NCBI GenBank assembly: GCA_040285855.1
Contig: JAUFOQ010000013.1
Span: 372,001-436,000 of the forward strand
Origin: Eukaryota sp. GEM-RC1
Taxonomy: Eukaryota
Reading direction: 5' to 3'
Length of the DNA stretch: 64,000 bases
Shown: positions 35,641 to 49,691 of the stretch, in pieces
How the letters are laid out: the number at the start of each line of letters is the position of its first letter
How positions within the stretch are numbered: position 1 is the stretch's first letter
Notes under the pieces: model-generated
Seen by the model: only the letters and a program-made list of their open reading frames with translations
What the model was told of the DNA's origin: nothing
Databases searched by the model: none
Program-made: the position numbers and the translations under genes

Positions 35641-38600
35641 AAAATGGAAAAGAGCTCAAAAACGAATGAAAATGAACCCTATCGAAAATTCTTTCAGAAT
35701 TTCCCCAGCCGAAAGACCAAACCTGCGGGTTTCTCCACGTTCATTAAAGTAAACTTTTGTGTGATTATCCAACTGATGAGTGGTCACAACATCAATCAAA
35801 TTGATTGGTCATTTTTTTGACATTCGATTTTCCCCAATTCACCTGGTCTCAACGTGAACATCTTATGTCTTACCTGCTTCAACAATCTTTTTACAACGGG
35901 TAGTCTTATGGTCAACAAATTCAATCCCAACAAGAACTTTAAGCTTGTTTGTGAATCTTTTGGGAACTATCGGTGCAGAATAGAAGTCGCTCCCAATGCA
36001 TAGACGCACAATCTTAAGTTACCCCCAAGAATGAGAAAAAAAAAGACAGTGTTAGTTAGTGTGACATGATATTAGCTAAGAGTGACGAGGTACAAAATAG
36101 AATAGATTTCTTGGTATCAATTAGCATGTTATGTTTCCTACAAATCCGCATTACTACAACACAGTCAATGAGAACAGAAGCAGAAAAGAAGCTCTTCGCT
36201 GAAAAAGAACTTCAATCTGGACTTAACTTGAGGTTTATGACATTTATTAGAATCGTTACTAAACAGACTACTTTACAAGTGTCAACTTTCCATGGGAATC
36301 CGTAACCCTATTTCAACCAGTAAATAACAGAATCGCATTCATCATACATGCATCAATTCTCTTACTATTGATGTTAACAACACTTTTAAAACGACGTCCA
36401 GTGTAATACTTAACGTTAACTAAATATGCAAAGACCAAAGTTAAGTATTAAAGGAGACTCACAGTAAAGGACTTTGTTTCCTACACTTTATAGAATCTAA
36501 GAGAATTAATAAAATGTAAGATTACCGTACCTAGCTGACTCAAGAGAAAAAGAAATTGTTTGCCCTTGTTTGTAGAGATACAAAATCTAGAGATAGAGAA
36601 AACTAAAGTCAGGAGAAAGATGACAGATGGCGCCAAGAAAACCCGTTAATGATAAAAAAAGACCACCTTCTGGTGCTAGTTGAAATGTTGGTTAACGACG
36701 ATTGTTAGGCATACTATTGGCCAAGGAAAGATTAGAGCTAGGAGACAAAGACAAGTGACTGTGATTGGGGTACGGATGTCATACAGAGCAGCACATTTGA
36801 AGACGAGAAGTATGGAGAGGAAAAGATCAAGAACAAATAGCGATAATGGCATGAAACGAACAAAAAGGCGATGACACGGGAAGAGAGATGACGATTCAAG
36901 AACAAGTAAGACCCAGCAGGTAGGCAGAAGGAATGACTAGAGAGCAAACGTTGACATTGAGGATGAACTTCTTTGTCTCCAAGGCATAAACTGGTCTTCA
37001 GTGCTAGATCTTGTAGCTACGTTGTGGTACTGTTTCTCCCTACTCTCATTTGATCTTCATTCACTGCTCACTCTTTCTCTTCTCACGTGGACTTTCAGCC
37101 TCTCTTAGGATCACGTTCTCCTCGTGATGACGTAATCCGTCTCCCCTTGCCATAGTTTCTCGACCTCTATACATGTCTTTCACACTGGTGCTTCTCACTT
37201 TTTTGAAAGAATTGATGACTGACCTTCCCACTATCATTGGTGGGAACTTAAACATTGAAGAATTCATCAGAGATTTGGATAAATACGAAGAGATTCTTTC
37301 GATGGTCAGTGTATTCCCTTCAATTGTATTTCTTACTTGCTGCCGTGGTTCAAATTGGGTGGTTGAAGGACTTTCTTCCACTCCGAACTTCATTCCTTCG
37401 TAGATGACAGTATTATAAGTATTCGCCTCCAAAAAGGTTTTGTTCATATACTCTGGAATCAGTGATTCTACACGTCACTTGTATTTATACTTCACACCTT
37501 AATTCCTCTTTACTTTCTGAGTCTTTCGAATGGGATCTATGTTAATCTGATCATTCCCAACTAGGAGAAGGTCCATATGCCTACTTCCTGAGTCTTACTA
37601 TTTCTTGAGTTTTCATTCTCTTCCCTCTTTTCAGTGAAATTAATTTTGGGTGAATATGCCCAATTTCCTCATACACCTATTTCCCCAAAACCTTTTTCCC
37701 GAATGGGATACAACTTTGAGATGCTCTGGGACACAAGTTTGGACTTAGCAAGCATGTCCGTACATGCTTCTGAAGATACTAAAGTGCGAGCAGTCTGGTC
37801 TTACCTTTGGATGGCAAGTCCAGAAGACATCGATTACTTGAAAAGACAAGTTCCAACGTCTGCAAGAAGACATTTTTAGAATTTCTTTATTTTACAGTTT
37901 TTAAAACTATAAAACTAATTAGGGTGAGGATTGGGAATATCCGCTGTTGCTCGCAACTGTTCAGCTACATGGTTAGACAAGTTGACCCGAGAAGCCGTTC
38001 CCTTGCAGTTTCTAACAATGGACGGCAGCATTGTATGTATTTCGTTAATGGCTGAGTCCAACAGCTCCTAACTTACAACAACTACATTTTGTTGTAAGTT
38101 ATTGACGATGCGAGATATTCTTTGAGATATCAAGTCACTCTCTTCATTAACCAAGTCTTCATCTATTGGAGATGCAATGAAAGTAAACTCTCGAATAAGA
38201 GTTTGAGGTATTCCTACTGACAGTACATTTGGATCAGAATTATAGAGACCACGGAACTTTATCCACGATTCTTCTTCGGCCATCCACTGCGGATTCACAT
38301 CTTGCAACTGTGGAACTGTTATCGACCTCTGCTGTGCAGTGACAATTGTTTGGTCAGCAGACACATTTTCGACACTGACAAGGTGTTTGGGGAATAGGAA
38401 ATAAAGTGTGTGGGAAATCCGCTTGAACTGAAAAACAGTGTTCCTTCTACATTGTTTGTTCCATGGTTGTTTCTGATCTTTCTCTTACTTCAAATGTTCA
38501 GCTGTGTCTTACAACTGCGTTCTATGGTGGAACATCTGTCTTTTTTCCCTACTTATCTTCTTCCTCTATCTCATCACTGAGATCATTGCCTTTTGTGAAG

Positions 38601-39399
38601 TGCCTTTAGTATGCACTAAAAACTGAGCTTTCTACTTGTGAGTGAAGAGAACATCTTTTGGGCTATTTTTTCAATACCCGAGGCATTCTCACGTTGGTGA
38701 TGATTAGAAATAGACGAGGTTTTTCGTTGTACTTATACCAGGTTTAGTTTAATAACTAGTCATTGTAACGATGAGTTTTCGAAAACGATGCTTTCTATTC
38801 AATGTCTTTTGAATATTGTTTTCTCCAATTAATGAATTCACTCTGATTCGTTGATATCAAGGTCAATAAATTAATTGTTTCAATATCTTTGAAATGGTGA
38901 GAGTAACTTTCATCATAACTCTTTGTCTAACTAAGTTAAGTACAATACTAAACAAAACTGTGGAAAACTAAATACGTTTTTTTAAAAAAAGCTCACCGAG
39001 CTTAAAAGAAGGAATGATTAACATGACCGTAAGCTTGCATAGCTTCGTAGGCATCTTCAGAACTTCCTGGAAGGGATTATCAAAACCAGCTAATACATAA
39101 TGGTAATAATTTCATGGTTAGTAGAAAGACTGTTGACGAAGAAAGGCGGCTCTTTCTTTTGAAGATGCTGTTCTAAGCTTCTTTGATCTCAACTGGAAAA
39201 AGAAAGCAATGAGCTCTATTCTGACTGAAATTATTGCCGTAAAAGCCGAATTCATTTTCCAACACTTTGAAAAATAACCTCAAAAAAAGAGATATGTGAC
39301 AACAGTCATATGATAACACATTTGTATTAAGAATTGGTTTTTTCCAGGGATGATAGGAATCTGGCATTTTAAATGCATCAGAGGTGAGAGAATTCGGTC

Positions 39400-40760
39400 G
39401 AATTCGAAACTGAGTATGTTCACGCCTCCAGTTCCTGAGTAATCTCCGGTTAGTCTGGTTTTTTTACCGTCAGGGTAGATTACTAACACGATTGGAGATG
39501 AAAATTTTTGAATCAGTTGAGGTTTCTTCAGCAAACCCGTCTTCGATGAGGTCATCAAAGATTTCATTGGCAATTATTAGTTTGGTAGGGTTCAGATTTC
39601 TTGGGTCTTTTTTTGCAGGTTGTGTTCTCATCGTAGAACGGAATTGTCATCGGTTCGCCTTTTATGCCTTCGGGATGGGGTTTCCCGAACACATCTTTGT
39701 GTTTGTTCAGTATTTTTAGCAATTTCTTTTCAGTTTCTTCGGACAGCTCAATTCTGCTTTCTGACACGTCTAATGTTGTAGACGTTGAAGCGACGAGGCC
39801 TTTCCTAGGGGGGTCGACCATTAGGTGGTCCAGAGTAGCTTCGGCTCCTGTGATCTTCGAGTGTTCTTTGTTCAGGTTGATCATCAGTGAACTTTGGTTC
39901 AGTAATCCGAGGCTTGACAATAGGTCGCATCCAATTAGGAATTGGTTTTCTCCTGGTATGATGGGGATCTGGCATTTCAAGTGCACTCGCGGAGAGAGAA
40001 TTCGGTCATATTCGAAGCTCAGTATGCAGTTGGCAGTTTCAGGGGATTGGATGTTGGTTCCATTGGCTAAGGTAAATTTGAATTTACTAGCGACAATTGA
40101 GCATTCTGCTTTCTTGGCGATGTCTTCAGAAAAACAAGAGGTTTCGCAGGCACTGTCGATCAGCGCTTCGAAAGGAGCGCTTCGAATCAGTGCTTGATTT
40201 CAGTTGATTAGCACTTTTAGGGATAGGAGCTTGGATTTGGGTTGTACTTTTTTGGCGTTGGTTCATACTTCCAGGGGGGCCTTGTCAACAGCATTCACGT
40301 TGACATTCCAGCCTTGAGGTGGCGTATCTCGCACATGTAGGAAAGGATCGTGACTCGATCCTGGTTTAAGGCTCGTTTCATTGGAGGAAGAGCTTAATTC
40401 CTGCGGGACACTCACCAGCTGTTCAGTCGTTGTGGTGGCTGCTGCTTCCGGTTCCTTAGGAGCTTTAACTAGCCTTGGGTTCGTGCAAAGAAAGGCGTTT
40501 GATAGAAATTTCGGCAATTCTAAGTCAAATTCAATAGGCTCGTTGTCATTAGGATAAGTGTTGTGTTTGTTGCTTTCAGAGCATTGCTCTCTGGATGTTA
40601 TGTTTGGAGATCCTGTTCATTTGCGAAGTAATAACGATATTTTTTGTTGATTTTAAAAATTTGTTCAAAGGTGTTGACTGTAATTCACCGTCGATATTAT
40701 AAAACGAAAAAGCGTCATTAGATCGAGCAACATCAATGATAGAAAAGACATTCCTTATCG
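39400..40760 (-). mobile_element. Ty3/Gypsy gag-protease-RT remnant
   Basis: FEALIDSACETS (aspartic protease), FLIGCDLL, KHKDVFG, FSSPIVLV..KTRLTGDY (start of RT). Confidence 0.75.
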
Positions 40761-40898
40761 AAAAAAGGTCGGAAACTTAGTCAATGATCCTAATGAAGAT
40801 CGTGCTGAATTGCTGTTATAACAGCAGTTGTTGTTTCTATACTTGAAGCTGTTAGAGTCTCGTGAAAGATTCTTTATCCTGAGCAAGTATGTTCAAGA

Positions 40899-41330
40899 TT
40901 AACATATATCAATTTCCATTTCTGTGGTTATGAGAATTGCTAATTTGAAGATATTGATCGCTGCGTTGAAATCTCTGTTCCAGAATACATTGTACTGTTG
41001 TTTTTGACCAAACTCCAAGGGATTAGTCCGTGATTACTTTAATTTTTGATTGGAATGTTTACTCCTGTATTTCTCTTTTTGCTCCTCCTTTCCAATCCTT
41101 TTGGTTTTAATTTTTTCGTTAGCTTGTTTCTTACGGATCATCCATTCTTGACTGACACTGCGTGTACATTGGCCATCCATTTTTTTGAAGAACTGATGAT
41201 TTGCTATAATGTTCTTTTTCATGCCTCAACATGCGAACTTATTTATTGTGCTTACAGGATTGAAAAGTCGTCACAGTCGTGACCAATCAGGGTTGAGAAG
41301 AACCGTCTCATTTCTAGCAAGATGAATGTT
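40899..41330 (-). pseudogene. Fanzor/TnpB-like RuvC C-terminal remnant
   Basis: WNRDFNAAINI at 40950-40982, preceded in other frames by HGLI, LQKNGWPMY..QC and DWS. Confidence 0.5.
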
Positions 41331-41826
41331 TAGCTACTGAGTCCACTAAAATCGCTGTGAGTATTTTGTACTCCAAGCCAAGTTTTTTTGAGTCATGGTA
41401 GATGACAAGCTAGAGAACATCTTTAATGTTGTATGATGCATTAAGCTATCAGGGAAAGGGGTTTTCCTATGAATCTGCATATATAGTAAAAATTCAATTG
41501 ATCTGATAGATTGTTTCCAAAGAGTGACTGATCGAAGTGCAATTATCTCTAAATTGTATTATTTGTTGACACGTTCTACAAGATCATTAGATCTATGTTT
41601 GTAGGAATAATTGATTTAAATAAATGTATTTTTTCCTTCAATGTCCAAAAACTTGATCTCAATCAATATTGTAGTTTCAGAATTTCCGAAAGTTTCATAC
41701 TACAGTACTATTAGTAATCGATGGATAGTCATTAGGTTGCAAACCAAAAAAACAAATTTTATGTTATAAATTAACTAAATACAAACAACTACAGTCAAAA
41801 CTGTAGTACTAGTAGTACTTAAAAGA

Positions 41827-42440
41827 TTATAAATCTTCTACATCTACTCTTGAACTACCACGATACAATTTGTACAGAATACGATTCAAATACTTTGGGA
41901 AACTTCTATATAAGGAAAAACAATGCAAACAAATGTGAATATAAGATGTTGCTGAGATCAAAGAATTCTCTGGACACAGTTTTGGTGTTTTCAACACACT
42001 GTTCAAAATTCGAACCAGTTTTAAATACTTTGTCTGACTCAATTATGAGGGATAAGAGTAGAGGTGATTTGATTGGTCCTTGGTTGTCCTCTCAAGAAAT
42101 CATTATGGACTTTACTACGGTTGATCCTTGTAACTCAACTTCTGTTAACAAATTTTTTTGATGAAAACTATTCAGCTCTTGAAACTGCTGAAAGGAAAAA
42201 ATTAAATCGTTATGGCGAATTAATTTCCGAGATGAATTCTCGCCGACACAATCCTTTTGTTTCCCATCCCTTTGCTATTTCTCTATAGGAGCGTATGGTT
42301 CCTTCGGTCAACAATTTCTCACAGATTTTGGCAAATTGTGTAAGCAGTATGGAAAGAATTTTAATGAAAGTTACTGGAGAGGAAGGTTGTCGTGTTCCCT
42401 TTTCAAAGCACTGTTTAGGTATTTGATTCGATTTTGAACC
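41827..42440. mobile_element. Two head-to-head CRE-like 3' fragments (minus 41827-41920; plus ~41990-42440)
   Basis: Minus: LYRSFPKYL..KLYRGSSRVDVEDL; plus: SRGDLIGP..IMDFTTVDP..AERKK..Y..PFAIS. Confidence 0.75.
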
Positions 42441-42665
42441 GTCTCTTTGCATTGAGACATGAATTTGAGATGATGTAGAGGTATTTGTATCCCATTTGTT
42501 AATATTGATGATAGTTTGTATCTGAAAGAGTAAATTAAAGGCGTTCTGTTCAAAATTTGATTAGTCATCATGACGTTTCTCTTTAGTTTTGTGTCTTCAC
42601 AAACCTGGAGACCCTCAACCTCTCCCATTACAGACATCTAGACCCTGACCTTGCAAACTAAACAC

Positions 42666-44304
42666 ATGACTGCAGACCAAACTTTAGCTGTCTCAACTCC
42701 CCAACCTCAATTTCCTCGACATCTCTCTCTACAATCTCCTTCACACTTTGCAGTCAATCCCTCTGTTTTCATAACTACTGAAGGAAAGCTAGTTACCCGT
42801 TATTCTTCAGACTTTATTCATACCAGTACCATAGGACATGGAGGATTTGGAGAAGTCTACCTGGCTCGTTCTCGTATAGACGATGTCCACTACGCTGTCA
42901 AACGAATCCCCTTTTAGCTCACCAAAACTCCTTTGAAAAGGTCCTCCGAGAGGTCAGAATCCTAGCGAAACTCAGCCATCCCCTTATTGTTCGCTACTAC
43001 TCCGCTTGGATAGAGCCATACATCCAAACTGACCTAGATGACCAAGACGACGTTCTCATGAAAGCACATGACTTCCAACAACTTCCTCTCAAATGGTCTC
43101 TCTTCCTCAGCACTGAGCTCTGTGCTCCGTGGACTCTCAAGGACCTCCTCTCTTCTTCTTCTGATGTCCCTTCCTCTACACCTCTGCTCCAAAAGTCTCT
43201 TCTCCTTGCTCTTAACTACCTCCATACCCAAGGAGTTGTTCACAGAGATATTAAACCAGCCAATATCCTTTTCCAACTCACTTCTACCCCAAACCACTTC
43301 ATTCCAAAGCTAGCTGACTTTGGTCTCTCCTTTGAATTGTTCTCATCATCATCTTCCTTCGTTGGAGATGATCCTGTCTCAGATCCAATGGCTGACTCGT
43401 CTTCAGCTGCTGGTACCCCCACTATCTTTCTCCAGAGCAACTGAAGACCGGGGGGTCTAACGGGGGTAGCACTCAGAAAAGTGATATCTTCTCATTGGGA
43501 TTGGTGTTTTTTGAAATGGTTTATAACTTTTGTTCAGTATCTGAGAAAATTCAAATATTTAAAGGAATTAAAAATGGAGATTCGGCGGTTTTTGATTTAA
43601 TTGATGAGAATTACAGAGAACTTGTCAAAGATATGTGTGCCATTAATCCGGCTGAAAGACTGTCTGCTTCGCAGTTAATTCAGAAATATTTCAAAAATTT
43701 AAATTTTCAATATGAAGAAGGTATACAATTAAGCGTTCCAGATCATGTTCAAAAATCATATGATTCCAACATCGACAGTCAAATCAATCTCAATCATCAG
43801 CAGTCATCATTCAGGAGCCAATCTCAATCATCTGATGACGAGCTTTCTTTATTGACCAATCAATCAATTTTGATTGGTTTCCGAGCTCTACAGTATTTCT
43901 GTGAAGTGATTGAGTTCAATGATTCCTGGTCCTGTGTGTTCTCTCTATGTTTCTTACTTAATCAGGAAGTTCAAAAACACATTGGACATTTACTTTCTGG
44001 TAAATTGTCTGAAGACTTGAAAAGAGCTTTTAGAAGTGATACTCTGTTAGAAGCTGGACTGGAAAAGGATGAAGATCTGTTCGATAGAGTGGAAAATTTA
44101 AAAATATTCATTGATTCTGTTGATGAGTTTTCTGTTAAACAGACTCTTGATTTTTCAAATTATTTGTCGAGAGTTTGTTTGGTGTTCTTCTCAAAGATTT
44201 CTGAATCAGTAACCAAGGAATCAATTAGTAGCTCAATTGTTGACGTTTTTGGTAAGATTGAACGATATATTTCCAATCAAATCAATGGCGAACAACTTTC
44301 TTAG
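42666..44304 (+). CDS. eIF2-alpha kinase-like (GCN2/HRI/PERK family) protein kinase, frameshifted
   Basis: RYSSDF..IGHGGFGEV..YAVKRI, LREVRILAKLSHPLIVRYYSAWIE, HRDIKPANI, DFGLS, GTP.Y.SPEQ, KSDIFSLG; frameshifts near 42915 and 43422 in homopolymers. Confidence 0.8.
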
Positions 44305-45686
44305 GAATAATAATTTTTGAATTAATAATTTTTGATTCTTTGGGCTTCATATCTTGTGAAAAAGTCTGGAATAATATTAATATTAGTAAGTTTGTGTAAT
44401 GTTTTCGTTCTTTCAACCCATCATAATGGCTCTATGTTTGTTGTCTTCTCGTTCAGTCGTTTTTCGCTCTTCTTTCATTTCATTTAAAATTTTAATAAAG
44501 AGATTACATAAGAGATTGTATATTCAATGAAGTTGTAGAGATAGACTAGTGTATTTTTGTTAACTATAGAAGTTTTTTATAAATTCCAGAAGTGAAATGC
44601 GTTCTGTTCATTTGGTTTTCGACCTGGAGTCATTCCATATATACAAAAAAAATCTTTTTCGTCGTGCTCGTTATTCTCTATATTCCATGCTCGTTTCGAG
44701 ATGTATCAAAATCGCACATCATTTGGCATCACGCTACAATTGTTCACCAACCTCCTTCCAAAGGTTCTGTTGTATCAGAAGCTACAGTTCATTGTCATCA
44801 TTGTGTCCACCAGTTCGTCGCTGGAACTAATCGTTTGAAACAACACTTTGTACCAGGAACGTTTGTGTCTTAATAAATGGCATTTAGACAATATTTCATT
44901 CAATTTTTTCACACGATTATACAATATTAACCGTTAATGGTATTGTATCGATGTACTTTTGATCAAAACTAATTTCACAGATTTTAAAACAATTCACATT
45001 GTGAATTCAAAAGAATGTTCATCGAGTTGTGGTGACTACTAATACAACTTTGCATTTGTCCAACGAAAGAGGAACAACAAAACACTGTTGTGAGATCAAC
45101 ATCACTGTTAGTGTATATAGAGACTTATCCAAAAGCACAAGAAATGCAAGAAAAACTCACAAGGTATAAATGCGCAAGATCTCAAGATTCAAAATGCGTA
45201 AAGGCGTCAAAATGCGCACATTTTACGCATTTGGCGCAGTTCTCAAAATTGATAACACTGGTATTTATCTAACAACAGCCACAGTGTGTAAACCACTCAT
45301 TCTTTAGCAACGTGACCCTTTTTTGTCAAAATACAATTCATTTCATTACTTGCATTAGATCTTGCTTTATTTATTCACTGTGGAATGATGTTTGTCAACG
45401 GTTGTGCAATACTACTAACGTTTTAAATGTTCTTGTTATGAAGGAACATGAAGTTTACACAGTCAACACACTTTTTGATGATGTTTAGTTGGTAAGAACA
45501 AGACCAAACAAAAACTGGGTTGAAATTAACCAATAATGATTAAAATAATACCCAGGAAATACACGAACACATTTCCAATTACAGATACAAAGACATCATT
45601 AGTCACAAGATTCACTGTTGACGTGGCATTTTACTGCTGATTGTTGTTAGACAAGTTGGTATTTCATAAACACAGTTTAACATATA

Positions 45687-45900
45687 TTGTATCACATTTA
45701 TTCCAAATTTGTGTTCCAACCTTTTGATGTTTCTCTTTTTGGATCGATTAGTCCTACTGGTGATCAATTTTTCAACTATTTCGAGGAGCTGTGTAAAGAA
45801 AAAAAGCATAAGTTTAGAATGGCTGAATGGAAAAACTGTAGAGTGTTTTCCATTTATAGAAATATGCATTCTGTTTTCTCGATTAGTTGATCATATGTTG
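45687..45900 (+). mobile_element. CRE-like RLE 3' fragment (another subfamily)
   Basis: YSKFVFQPFDVSLFGSISPTG..W...VFSIYR is homologous to 30785-31063. Confidence 0.6.
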
Positions 45901-47228
45901 GGACAGCTTTGAAGTCTTTATATTTTATTTATAAAATTCATTTCTTTTATCGTTTTACCAAATGGTATCACAGATACATCTATTTTTTATGTCAATTAAA
46001 GTCTAAAGATGTATATTACTTCAAAACTCAGTTATCATCAGTGTGACTGTTATTCGTAAAACTGCTTTTCCCGTTATACTGAGGTTTCCCTCCTTCTTTA
46101 AAACATTCTTCGGGACACCACAATGAGATGTTGCTTTAACATCTGAGAGATGATTGGAAAGAACATACTACATGTAGTACATTGAGGAATAAGGAAAAAA
46201 CAAATGCTACAATGTATTGTGTATGTTCATCTAACAATTTCGAGTCGGATACACATCTGATGTCTTTTGATCCTTGAAGCAAATTTGTGAACGCAGTTTA
46301 TTATTCGTGGGAGCATCATTGTCAGTTTCAATTGAAGGGTTTGTAAGAATATACATAGAATACACGATACCAAGCAATGTTAGGATACAGTGTATCTGTC
46401 TTTCCTAGGTATGATTAAAATGGCTTTTCAGAATTAATCTGAGTTATGGACCTACTTGTAAGTATCAGAATAAGTGACTGAACTTATCAATTTGGCATAA
46501 CGGTTTCCTATTTTTCTGTTTTTATATGTACTTAAGTTTGTGAAATCAATTATTAAGGAGTTGAAGAACTTCGGTACTGTTGACCACGAACTTTGTATGA
46601 CTAGTTTTTCATAGCTTTTCTTTTTGGTAATTCCTTTTGTCCCTTTCATCTATAAACATTTTATTATCGTTTTTATGCCGAGTATTTATGTAACAGTCCT
46701 TTAGTTGGTGGTATGCAGAACTTTCTTTTGAGAGTAAGCTTCGGTTTGAAAATATATTCGATTCAGTCTTAGACTGCTCTATTATTGCCAGATGTTTATT
46801 GTATGAAAATGAACTGTCTAAATGTTATACAATATTCTAATACGACTACATACAGAAGATGCTGATGGAAGAAGAAAACGTCATCAATTGACAAGAAGTG
46901 AGTTAACAAAAGAGATTCCGCATGAGATCCGATTATTTGAGATTCTTTCGATGAGGTGTTCAGTCTTGTCCTCAATAGAGTTATCTATTCCGCCGGGGGA
47001 CTTCGAATGCCCGAAGGGCTTACATCGGAAGATCAGCTTTCAGAGCTTGACTCTGAGCTGGAATTAGATCCAGACTCTTCACTGGAAGAGCTGGGAACAG
47101 GAGGGAGTCTTCTTTTAACCATAACCAGCAATGGACAATAATTATTGAACATCCCTTCCGGAAGGTATGGGAAAAGAATGGGGGAAGGTAAAAGAGTGGG
47201 TCCCCCCACTTCAAGAGCAGAAATATAA

Positions 47229-47580
47229 TCATGTATTCTTATGTGATAAAGTCTCCTTAATTTTGTCAGCATTACCAATATAATTGCCCAAAAACTTGAC
47301 ACATTCATCTGAATAATTGACAAACGGAATGGAAGGTACTCCAAAATTCAAATCAATTGAAGAACGTCCAATGACAAGACTTTTTTGAAAATTAATTGAC
47401 AAACCGATACTTGAAGACAATTCAACAAAACGAGGAAAACTCGATTTAGTGACTTCCAAAGGGCCAACCAAAGAGGTTATCATCAGCATACGAGTTTAAC
47501 CTTAATCCTGGGAATTCGCTTGAGAATTTGCGAAGAATTTTCTGCAACGGCAAACAGAAAAATTAAGGGCCTAAAGGATC
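47229..47580 (-). mobile_element. CRE-like RT fragment
   Basis: SLVGPL..FVELSSSIGLSIN..VKFLGNYIG is homologous to the RT region at 32200-32480. Confidence 0.65.
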
Positions 47581-47734
47581 AAATGGTTTGGAGAATCTAA
47601 AACAGATGGAGAATAATACGAGAAGTTTATCATTTGCAATTGGACTTTATACGCAAGAGTTTACAGTAACTACATACTAAAGAACACGATGGAAGAAGAA
47701 AACAACAAACATACAGCAAGTTGACCTAAGAGAA

Positions 47735-49691
47735 TTAGATCGTGATCCGTTTATTTGAGATTCTTTCGATGACTTGCTTGGTCTTAGCGTCAATAGAGTT
47801 TTGATGAAGAACAACGCATTGTACAGTGGAATTGTCGCTCAAAGCTTCAGCCAATGCAATAGCACCTTCATTACCAAAAGAGTTATCACCAAGACCAATC
47901 CCAGTAACAGTGGAATTGACCTTCAAAGCTTCAGCCAATGCAACGGCACCTTCATTACCAAAAGAGTTATCACCAAGACCAATCCCAGTAACAGTGGAAT
48001 TCACCTTTAAAGCATCAGCCAATGCAATGGCACCTTCATTACCAATAGAGTTACCCCGAAGAACAATCTTAGTAACAGTGGAATTCACCTTCAAAGCATC
48101 AGCCAACGCAATGGCACCTTCAGTAACAATAGAGTTATTATAAAGATTAATCTCCGTAACAGTGGAATTCACCTTCAAAGCATCAGCCAACGCAATGGCA
48201 CCTTCACTACCAATATGTGCATTCTTATGAGTATAAGGATGGTTACTCAGATCAACCTTACTAACAGACCCATTCCTAATTTTTTCCAAAACCTTCCTCA
48301 ATCTAGGTGTTAACTTACTCAAATCAATTTCATAAGTACTATTGACTTCCCTTTTTACAGGTATTTCTTGTTGTAACGTCTTCTTTGGCTTTGGATTTAA
48401 ACCTTGAGAACTTCCAAAAGAAGGTGGTGCAATAAATTTGGGACGAATTTCATTATTAGGAGAGTTGAATTTTAAAATTTGAGACTTAAGACGTTCAATT
48501 TCTTCTAATAAAGAACGATTGTATGATTCCAAATTTAAAATTTGTTGGTCAGAATTCTTTTGATTGTCATGAAGCTTATTGTTTAAAGTGGATAAACTTT
48601 GAATTTGATTGACAAGTTCAGAATTTTCATGTTTCAAGTTCCACACTTCATCACTGAGAACATCAATTTTAGTTTTCAGAGATTCATTTTCTTCAATCAA
48701 AAATGAATGGTCAAAATTATCACCACCAGCTTCCAAAACATTCAAAGAATTTAAAATATCAGTGATTTCATTAATTTGAGGTCGTAATGATGGATCTGGA
48801 TTTAAACACTTCATCATTATCTCTTTCAAACACTCTGGTGTTGAATCATCAAAAGGTAATGGTTTGCCTTGAACTTTTGCTCCAAAAATCTGCATCATTA
48901 ACAAACCGTCAAAAGCTTCTCGTCCCGTTAAAAGTTCGTATAGTATTAATCCAAGTGAATAAATATCACTAAAAGGACCAGGTCTCGAATCAAACTGCTC
49001 AGGAGCAGCATACTTGGGACTCATGGCATTTGCTCTGGTCACTAGAGTTGTGGCGGCGAGGTTCTTGGAAGTGCCAAAATCCGCAACTCTTACATGGTCG
49101 TCAACCAAAAGGACATTGGCTGGTTTTAAGTCTCCATGTACAACAGACTTGAGATGGAGGAACTTCACTGCCTGGCAAAGTTCTTTAGCGTACCTGACAG
49201 TAGTTGGAGAGAGAAGACTTGGGGAGGGAAGGGGGAGAAGAAGCTAATTCCATGACGATGCCAATGGAATCATCAAAGTAGGTGGTACCAAACACACGTA
49301 TGACAGCAGGATGGTTGAGATTGAAGAGAAGATTCATTTCTCTCTGAAGTTCTATGCGTCCTTTCTCTGTGAGGGAGACCATCTTGACGGCGACGGGGAG
49401 ATCGAACCAATGAGCGGAGTAAACGTCAGCAAAACCTCCTTCCGCGATCTTATCTCCGAGAACGATTTGATCTGATGGAATTTGGGGGCACAATTCTCCA
49501 TCTCGAGATGCTTTGACTAGGTCTTGCAGTGCATAGTTTACTTTCCTCTCTTCAAGACAATCGATACGGCAAAGGGGACATTGATTCAGTGACTCTGAAC
49601 ATCCAGAACAACAAGTATGTCCTTCGCAGCAGATTAGGAGGGGAACACGGTCAGAAAGATTGAACGATTCACAACAAATGAAGCAGTCCAT
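47735..49691 (-). CDS. RING finger - protein kinase (TKL-like) - coiled coil - RI-like LRR protein
   Basis: MDCFICC..GHTCCSGC..CPLCR; IAEGGFADV, VAVK, HGDLKPANVL, DFG, APE; 28-aa LRRs (IGNEGAIALADALKVNSTVT); one extra base in the C-run near 49232 separates the two ORFs. Confidence 0.85.

Noticed and set aside
36066..38364. Short ORFs as real genes (possible gag fragment at 38068-38364)
   Set aside because: No recognisable motifs; probably decayed repeats or antisense shadows
44592..44873. Merlin/ISXO2 transposase remnant
   Set aside because: Only a faint TGGH-like resemblance; no TIRs or catalytic motifs could be supported
47826..48210. CRISPR-like repeat array
   Set aside because: 84-nt in-frame LRR coding repeats with no unique spacers and no cas genes
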